From contig CAWGRT010000011.1 of the NCBI GenBank assembly GCA_963825035.1, positions 18,874 through 82,873 of the forward strand: a stretch of 64,000 bases of DNA, in the 5' to 3' direction. Positions 58,296-64,000 of this stretch are shown piece after piece (the first letter of the stretch is position 1; each line of letters starts with the position of its first letter). The position numbers and the translations under genes are program-made. The notes beneath the pieces were generated by a model, which was given only the letters and a program-made list of their open reading frames with translations, did no database searches and was not told the origin of the DNA. This stretch comes from Candidatus Krumholzibacteriia bacterium. Lineage in GTDB: Bacteria > Krumholzibacteriota > Krumholzibacteriia > LZORAL124-64-63.

Positions 58296-60102
58296 ATGCG
58301 CAACGTCGCCCTCGCCATCCTCGCCGCCGCCGCGGACCGCCCCGGCGCCGTCGCCATGCGCTACCGGCGCGCCGACCGCTGGGAGGGCACCACCTACGGC
58401 GCCATGGCCGCCCGCATCGACCGCGTGGCCGCCGTCCTGGTGGACCTGGGGGTGAAGGTGGGGGATCGGGTGGGCATCTTCGCGCCGAACCTGCCCGAGT
58501 GGATCGTCGTCGACTACGCCGTCCAGTCCATCCGCGCGGCGACCGTGCCCATCTACGCCACCAGCACGGCCGAGCAGGCCGGGCTGATCGTGCGGGACGC
58601 GGGGCTGGAGGTCCTGTGCGTGGGCACGGCGGCGGAGCGGGAGACCGCCCTGGCCGCAGCCGCGTCCTGTCCGCAGCTGCGCACCATCGTGACCCTGGAC
58701 CCGGACCTGCCGTCGGGAGCCGGCACCGTGGCCCTGGCCAAGCTGGAGGCGGCCCCCGCGGACGCGATCACCGCGCGGGAGGTGGTCCGCCGGCGCGGCA
58801 CCGCCGCGGCCGATGATCTGGCGGCCATCATCTACACCTCCGGCACCACCGGCGAACCCAAGGGCGTGATGCTGCGCCACGCCAACTTCGTCAACCAGTA
58901 CACCACCCTGGACTCCCGATTCGAGGTGGGGCCGGCCGACCGCTCCCTGTGCTTCCTGCCCCTGAGCCACGTCTACGAGCGCACCTGGTCCGGCTACGTC
59001 TTCCTGCAAGGGGGCGCGGAACGTCATCCTCGCCAACCCGCGGGAGGTGGTCACGGCCCTGGCCGACGCCAGGCCCACGGTGATGGTGTCGGCCCCGCGC
59101 CTGTACGAGAAGATCCACGCGACGGTCCACGCCAGGGTGGCGGCCGGTTCGGCCCTGCGGCGGCGGCTGTTCCACTGGGCGGTGGGGGTGGGGCACCGCT
59201 ACTGGACGGCCCGCTACGCGGACGAGCGCCCGGGGCTGGGGCTGGGCCTGCGCTTCGCCGTGGCCGACCGCCTGGTGCTGCGGCGCATCCGCAACGCGGT
59301 GGGCGGGCCCAAGAACTTCTTCTCCAGCGGCGGCGCGGCCCTGGCCCGGGAGGTGGAGGAGTTCTTCCTGGCCGCGGGCCTGCTCGTGTGCCAGGGCTAC
59401 GGCCTGACCGAGACGGCGCCCATGTGCACCTGCAACGCGCCGGGGGCCTTCCGCTTCGGCACCGTGGGCCGGCCCATCGACGGGGTCCAGGTGCGCATCG
59501 GCGAGCTGGGGGAGATCGAGGTGCGCGGGCCCAACGTGTTCGACGGCTACTGGGGCAAGCCCGAGGCCACGGCCGAAGCCTTCCGGGACGGCTGGTTCCG
59601 CACCGGCGACGTGGGGCACGTGGACGACGACGGCTACGTGGTGATCACCGACCGCATCAAGGACCTGATCATCACCGCCGGCGGCAAGAACGTGGCGCCC
59701 CAGCACATCGAGGCCGTGGTGGGCAAGGACCACTACATCGACCAGCTGGCGGTGGTGGGGGACAAGCGCTCGGTGATCGGGGCCATCGTGGTGCCCGCCT
59801 TCGAGTCGCTGCTGGAGTTCGCCAAGGAGCGGCAGCTGGCCTTCCGCGACCGCGAGGAGCTGATCCGCCTGCCCGAGGTGGTCGAGCTGTACCGCGAGCG
59901 CATCCGCGAGCAGGGCCACAGCCTGGCGCCGTTCGAGAAGATCCGCCGCTTCACCCTGGTGGCGAAGGAGTTCTCCATGCAGGCCGGCGAGATCACTCCC
60001 ACCCTGAAGGTGCGCCGCAAGGTCGTGGCCGAGAAGTACCAGGAACTGATCGAGGGCATGTACGGCGCCCCCGAACCCCCCGGGAGCGATCCCGCCCCCT
60101 GA
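58296..60102 (+). CDS. Long-chain acyl-CoA synthetase (AMP-forming, FadD-like), one apparent frameshift near 59015
   Basis: The motifs are DLAAIIYTSGTTGEPKGVMLRHANF, FLPLSHVYER (then a frame change) PTVMVSAPRLYEKI, QGYGLTETAP, WFRTGDVGHVDDDGYVVITDRIKDLIITAGGKNVAPQHIE and TPTLKVRRKVV. The pieces lie in ORFs 58167.. and 59047..60102. Confidence 0.85.
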
Positions 60103-60104
60103 CC

Positions 60105-61073
60105 CTACACGTGGTTGCGCAGCATCAGCTCCCGCGGGTGGGGGTTGAGGTAGGTCTGCTCGCCCACGTAGGGCACGTCGTTCAGCTCGATGTAATGGCG
60201 CAGCAGGGTCATGGGCACCACCAGGGGCACCAGGCCCGCGCGGTAGTCCTCGATCAGGGCCAGGATGCGCTTGCGCTCCGGCTCGCCGATCACCTTCCGC
60301 AGATAGCCGGCCAGGTGCTGCAGGGCGTTGGCGTGGCGGCGAGGCGTGGCGTGGGCCTCCAGTCCCGCCATGAACCCGGCCAGGTAGGCGTCGCGGAAGG
60401 CCGCCGGCGTGTGCTGCGCCACCGCCGCCACCAGCTGACCCAGCTCCTTGTAGTGCTTCGGGCTGTGGGCCATCAGCAGGTACTTCTCGCGGCTGTGGAA
60501 GGCCACCACGTCGCCCCGCGTCCAGCGTCCGGCGAACAGGGCCTTGAGGCGGTGCAGGGCGAACACCCGCTCGATGAAGTTCTCCCGCAGCACCGCGTCG
60601 TTGAGGCGGCCCTCCTCCTCCACCGGCACCAGCGGATGGCGGCGCATGAACTCGGCGGCGAACAGGCCGCGTCCCTGGCGTTTCGGCAGGCCCTGTTCCG
60701 GGTAGAGCTTGACCCGGAAGACGCCGCAGCTGGGGGAGTTCTTCTTGAAGACGAAGCCGCACAGGTCGTCCCCGGCCAGCTCGCGGGCGCGGCGGCCGGC
60801 CCAGTCGTTCATGCGGGCGGTCCAGTCGGCTCCCGACTTCGGCGCCACCATGCGCGGCGCCTCGGCCTCGCCGGCCAGGCGCACCGTCTCGCGGGGGGTG
60901 GTCATGCCCACCTCCACCTCAGGGCACACGGGCACCAGGGTGAAGTGCTCGGCCAGCACGTCGGTCAGGTAGCGGTCGCGGGCCCCGGCGCCGTCGTAGC
61001 GGACGGCGTCCCCCAGCAGGCAGCGGCTGACGCCGATCCTGATCTCATCGACCGGCGGGAACGATGTGCTCAC
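60105..61073 (-). CDS. ybgA: YbgA-family protein (DUF523 + DUF1722)
   Basis: Intact 322-aa ORF. The DUF523 part is IGVSRCLLGDAVRYDGAG...LVPVCPEVEVGMTTPRE...VFKKNSPSCG. The DUF1722 part is VVAFHSREKYLLMAHSPKHYKELGQLVA...HANALQHLAGYLRK...LIEDYRAGLVPLVVPMTLLRHY. Confidence 0.85.
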   Translation of the reverse strand: MSTSFPPVDEIRIGVSRCLLGDAVRYDGAGARDRYLTDVLAEHFTLVPVCPEVEVGMTTPRETVRLAGEAEAPRMVAPKSGADWTARMNDWAGRRARELAGDDLCGFVFKKNSPSCGVFRVKLYPEQGLPKRQGRGLFAAEFMRRHPLVPVEEEGRLNDAVLRENFIERVFALHRLKALFAGRWTRGDVVAFHSREKYLLMAHSPKHYKELGQLVAAVAQHTPAAFRDAYLAGFMAGLEAHATPRRHANALQHLAGYLRKVIGEPERKRILALIEDYRAGLVPLVVPMTLLRHYIELNDVPYVGEQTYLNPHPRELMLRNHV

Positions 61074-61533
61074 GGTCGCCTCCCGGGAAAAGGCCGGCGA
61101 TGATCCGCCGGCGGTGGGCGAAGATGCCCGCGATCTGCCGCCGCACCACCAGGGCGTGGACCAGGTCGCCCAGCGGGCCGAACGGCAGGACGTACCGCAC
61201 GTGGTCGCGGATCACGGTGCCGTCGCCGTCGGCCGCGAACTCGTGGGTGTGATGCCAGAAACTGTAGGGCCCGGCGAGCTGTTCGTCCACGAAACGGTGA
61301 GGTGGCTCGCAGGCGGTGATCATGGTGCGCCAGCGGGTGGGCCACGGTCCCAGGCGGATCTCGTAGTCGATGATCGCCCCCTCCCGCATGGCCAGCGGCG
61401 GCGGGGTCAGGATCCGGAAGCCCAGCCAGGGCGGCGTGATGCGCGCCAGGTTCGTCGGTTCGGCGAAGAAGGCGAAGACCTCGTCCAGGGGGCGGGGGAC
61501 GCGTTGTGCGCAGCGGTGCTCGTGCAGGGCCAT
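61045..61533 (-). CDS. SRPBCC-superfamily (cyclase/dehydrase-like) protein
   Basis: The protein is MALHEHRCAQRVPRPLDEVFAFFAEPTNLARITPPWLGFRILTPPPLAMREGAIIDYEIRLGPWPTRWRTMITACEPPHRFVDEQLAGPYSFWHHTHEF. Its 3' end overlaps the ybgA start by 29 nt. Confidence 0.75.
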   Translation of the reverse strand: MALHEHRCAQRVPRPLDEVFAFFAEPTNLARITPPWLGFRILTPPPLAMREGAIIDYEIRLGPWPTRWRTMITACEPPHRFVDEQLAGPYSFWHHTHEFAADGDGTVIRDHVRYVLPFGPLGDLVHALVVRRQIAGIFAHRRRIIAGLFPGGDREHIVPAGR

Positions 61534-61580
61534 GGCGGGACGCTCCGGGGCCGGTCGGCGCGGCCCTGTCCAATTTCCGG

Positions 61581-61609
61581 TTGCCTTTAAGTTCGACAAA
61601 CATTATACA
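61581..61609 (+). promoter_or_regulatory. Candidate promoter/operator region between the divergent SRPBCC-ybgA operon and the MerR/B12 gene
   Basis: TTGCCT, a 17-nt spacer, then TATACA on the plus strand, about 64 nt before the ATG at 61673. On the opposite strand the same AT-rich patch reads TATAAT (61602-61607). Confidence 0.25.
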
Positions 61610-61672
61610 CTAGTGACGAACGACCGCCATCGTGCCGGGGCAATCCGGCGCACGGGCCGCACGGGGAACCGC

Positions 61673-62617
61673 ATGCACGACCGACAGCAGCCACCGGCCC
61701 GCTCCGAACCCCGGCACACCATCGCCGTGGTCTCCCGTCGCACGGGCATCAGCCAGCTGCTGCTGCGGGCCTGGGAGCGGCGCTACGACGCGGTGCAGCC
61801 CGGGCGCACCGACACGGGCCGGCGCCTGTACAGCGACGCCGACATCCGGAAGCTGCTGCTGCTGAACCGCCTGACGGGGCACGGGCACCGCATCGGGGAC
61901 ATCGCGGGCCTGGACGAGGGTGCGCTGGAGGCCCTGGCCGCGGAGATCACAGCGCCGTCGCCCACCCCGGCGCCCCTGCCGGACGTGAGCGAGGTGGACG
62001 ACCTCCTGGGTGCGGCCCTGCAAGCGGTGGCCGACCTGGACGCCCCTCGCCTGGATGGGCTGCTGGCCCGGGCCTCGGTGGTCCTCAGCCGTCCGGTGCT
62101 GCGCCGCGACCTGCTCCGGCCGCTGCTGGTGGAGGTGGGCGAGCGCTGGCACGACGGCTCGTTGCGGGTGGCCCACGAGCACATGGCCACCGCGGTGATC
62201 AAGGCCTTCCTGGCCGGTCTGAGCCTGGGCCAAGCGGCTCCGCCGGGAGCCCCGGGCCTGGTGGTGACCACCCCGGCGGGGCAGCGACACGAACTGGGAG
62301 CCCTCATGGCGGCCTCCCAGGCGGTGGAGTCCGGGTGGAAGGTGCTGTACCTGGGACCGGACCTGCCCGCCGAGGAGATCGCCCTGGCGGTCCAGGCCAG
62401 TGGAGCCCGGGCCGTGCTGCTGAGCCTCGTCTTTCCCGGCGATGACCCCGCCACCATGGACCAGCTCCGCGACCTGCGGCGGTTCCTGGGCGCGGGGGTC
62501 CCCATCCTGGCCGGTGGGCGGTCCGCGGCGTCCTATCTGACCACCCTCGTGGGCATCGATGCCCGCCTGCTGGACGACTTCGACGACCTCGACCGCGCCC
62601 TCGCCTCAATCCGCTAG
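61673..62617 (+). CDS. MerR-family transcriptional regulator with a C-terminal cobalamin-binding domain (CarH/LitR-like)
   Basis: The MerR HTH is HTIAVVSRRTGISQLLLRAWERRYDAVQPGRTDTGRRLYSDADIRKLLLLNRL. The B12-binding part is HEHMATAVIKAFL, VVTTPAGQRHELGALMAA (the x-H-x-x-G motif), AVLLSLVF and VPILAGG. Confidence 0.85.
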   Translation: MHDRQQPPARSEPRHTIAVVSRRTGISQLLLRAWERRYDAVQPGRTDTGRRLYSDADIRKLLLLNRLTGHGHRIGDIAGLDEGALEALAAEITAPSPTPAPLPDVSEVDDLLGAALQAVADLDAPRLDGLLARASVVLSRPVLRRDLLRPLLVEVGERWHDGSLRVAHEHMATAVIKAFLAGLSLGQAAPPGAPGLVVTTPAGQRHELGALMAASQAVESGWKVLYLGPDLPAEEIALAVQASGARAVLLSLVFPGDDPATMDQLRDLRRFLGAGVPILAGGRSAASYLTTLVGIDARLLDDFDDLDRALASIR

Positions 62618-62693
62618 ATCTTTTTCCCCTTGGACTTACGCCGCCCCTGGGCGGCTGCCGATCTATTTGTAGATGTTATGTATAGAAATATCC

Positions 62694-62721
62694 TTGACAT
62701 AACCTAGACAAGAGTTATCGT
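62694..62721 (+). promoter_or_regulatory. Candidate sigma-70-type promoter of the fasciclin gene
   Basis: TTGACA (62694-62699), a 16-nt spacer, then TATCGT. It is preceded by an AT-rich UP-like stretch (ctatttgtagatgttatgtatagaaatatcc) and lies about 105 nt upstream of the ATG at 62828. Confidence 0.35.
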
Positions 62722-62827
62722 GTTCCCCACGGGGCGCCCGCGGCCCCGTCCGAAGCCGACGACGCGGAGCCCGGATCCGCTGACCGAATCGGCAACCGAA
62801 CCGACGATTGTCGAAAGGGAGAGAACC

Positions 62828-63346
62828 ATGCGCAACCTGACCACTGCGGCCGTGATGACCCTGGCCATCGCCCTGGCCGCCACCGCGCCGGCGGCCCTGG
62901 CCGGAACCGGCCAGTCCATGTCCGAGACCAGCGCCGCGGCCAAGCCCGCCATCCTGCCCCTGGCCGAGCAGGCCGGCTTCACCACCCTGGTCACGGCGGT
63001 CAAGGCCGCCGGCCTGGAGGAGGCCCTGTCCGGCAGCGGGCCGTTCACCGTGTTCGCACCGACCGACGAGGCCTTCGCCAAGCTGCCCGAGGGCACCCTG
63101 CAGAGCCTGCTGGACCAGCCCGAGAAGCTGAAGAAGGTGCTCCTGTACCACGTGGTGGCCGGCTCCGTGATGGCCGCCGACGTGGTCAAGCTGAAGTCGG
63201 CCGAGACCCTGGAGGGCCAGGCGGTGGCCATCGGCACCAAGGACGGCGTCACCGTGGGCGGCGCCAAGGTGCTCAAGACCGACATCGAGGCCAGCAACGG
63301 GGTGGTGCACGTGATCGACACGGTGCTGATCCCCGCGAACCTGTAG
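62828..63346 (+). CDS. Secreted fasciclin (FAS1) domain protein
   Basis: Signal peptide is [29 protein letters not shown]1 motifs are [38 protein letters not shown] and [13 protein letters not shown]. Confidence 0.85.
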   Translation: MRNLTTAAVMTLAIALAATAPAALAGTGQSMSETSAAAKPAILPLAEQAGFTTLVTAVKAAGLEEALSGSGPFTVFAPTDEAFAKLPEGTLQSLLDQPEKLKKVLLYHVVAGSVMAADVVKLKSAETLEGQAVAIGTKDGVTVGGAKVLKTDIEASNGVVHVIDTVLIPANL

Positions 63347-63359
63347 GACCGAGATCACC

Positions 63360-63385
63360 GGGGTCCGCCCGCCGGGGCGGACCCC
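63360..63385 (+). terminator. GC hairpin after the fasciclin gene
   Basis: Perfect 11-bp stem ggggtccgccc / gggcggacccc with loop gccg. It lies 14 nt after the stop. There is no T-tract. Confidence 0.5.
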
Positions 63386-63414
63386 GACCCCGAACGACAC
63401 AAAGGGAGAGAACC

Positions 63415-64000
63415 ATGAAGAACCTGGGCACGAAGCTCACGCTGTTGCTGGCCGTGCTGGCGCTGGGCGCCTTCGCCGCCGGCTGCTCCGACGACGACAA
63501 CAATCCGACCGGCCCCAACCTGGACCTGGGCACCGGCGCCATGCTGCGGGTGGTGCACGCCTCGCCGGACGCTCCGGCGGTGGACATCTACGTGGAGGGC
63601 ATCGCCACGCCGGTGGTGCAGGACCTCGCCTACCTGCAGACGACGCCCTACCTGGACCTGGCTCCGGGCACCTACAACATCCAGCTGCGCGCGGCCGGCG
63701 CCGACGCCGCCTCGACGCCGGCCTTCGAGACCGGCGACCTGACCATTCCCGCCGACGCCACCATCACCGCCGTGGCGGTGGGGCTGCTGGGCAGCTCCGA
63801 CGCCGGCGACCGCTTCCGGGTGGTGCCCTACGTGGAGAACTTCACCGACCCGGGCAGCGGCCAGGCGGCGGTGCGGATCGTCCACGCCTCGCCCGACGCC
63901 CCGACCGTGGCCCTGGACGTGGGCAATGACGGCACGCCCGAGGTGACCGGCTTCGCCCGCTTCGCCGACACGGGCGACGCAGGCGTGGCGCTGCCCGCGG
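63415..64000 (+). CDS. DUF4397-domain lipoprotein (3' end beyond the window)
   Basis: An AAAGGGAGAG RBS precedes the start. The start and lipobox are MKNLGTKLTLLLAVLALGAFAAGCSDD. The repeated DUF4397 pattern is LRVVHASPDAPAVDIYV...TPYLDLAPGTYNIQL and VRIVHASPDAPTVALDV. It is not in the ORF track because there is no stop in the window. Confidence 0.7.
   Translation, partial: MKNLGTKLTLLLAVLALGAFAAGCSDDDNNPTGPNLDLGTGAMLRVVHASPDAPAVDIYVEGIATPVVQDLAYLQTTPYLDLAPGTYNIQLRAAGADAASTPAFETGDLTIPADATITAVAVGLLGSSDAGDRFRVVPYVENFTDPGSGQAAVRIVHASPDAPTVALDVGNDGTPEVTGFARFADTGDAGVALPA

Overview
This is a very GC-rich bacterial chromosomal window (by eye about 65-70 % G+C, not computed). It probably comes from an uncultivated, diderm, FCB/Gemmatimonadota-like organism. 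That placement is only an inference from the FlgD-Ig/T9SS-like C-terminal domains and the many lipoproteins and signal-peptide proteins. I support about 65 protein genes, one IS1-family insertion sequence, several intrinsic-terminator hairpins and a few weak promoter calls. I recognised no rRNA, tRNA or CRISPR array.

Gene content from left to right:
- 0-15.4 kb: the 5' end of a TssA/ImpA (type VI secretion) gene; a signal-peptide 2-hydroxyacid dehydrogenase; secreted and lipoproteins; an AcuI/YhdH reductase; an 806-aa repeat protein with FN3 and FlgD-Ig-like tail; a beta-propeller-transglutaminase; an ECF sigma/anti-sigma pair with two unknown genes; a 4Fe-4S protein; an OYE flavin reductase.
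- 15.4-30.6 kb: RlmI-like methyltransferase; a porin-like OMP; a chemotaxis cluster (cheA-cheW-cheR-cheD-HDOD-receiver/CheX-cheB-CheX-cheY-CheX-like); metallophosphoesterase; YkgJ; a vWA lipoprotein; an HGSNAT/DUF5009 acyltransferase.
- 30.6-48.3 kb: a FliD-like protein; a 907-aa beta-helix protein with FlgD-Ig tail; EamA transporter; a 989-aa M14 peptidase; small secreted proteins; a Crp/Fnr regulator; DUF4382 lipoprotein; RRM RNA-binding protein; the IS1-family element; bacterioferritin; GT2.
- 48.3-64 kb: a Hyb-type [NiFe] hydrogenase operon (hybOABCD) facing a hypC-Rieske-epimerase operon; acyl-CoA synthetase; YbgA; SRPBCC; a MerR/B12-binding (CarH/LitR-like) regulator; fasciclin and DUF4397 proteins.

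Main observations:
1. At least four otherwise unrelated small secreted proteins end in the same terminal motif, W-[GS]-x-[IVA]-K-[AS]-x-[YF]-R-stop. This is a candidate unrecognised C-terminal sorting or processing tag.
2. Two blocks (about 15.4-30.6 kb and 48.3-59.1 kb) are saturated with homopolymer-type frameshifts in highly conserved genes, while neighbouring 2.4-3.0 kb ORFs are intact. Most likely these are unpolished assembly segments rather than real pseudogenes.
3. The IS1-like element has 25-bp inverted repeats, and its end supplies part of the stop codon of the neighbouring gene.
4. The gene contexts around the hydrogenase and the B12-MerR regulator are unusual.

All coordinates of frameshifted genes are my merged reconstructions and are approximate.
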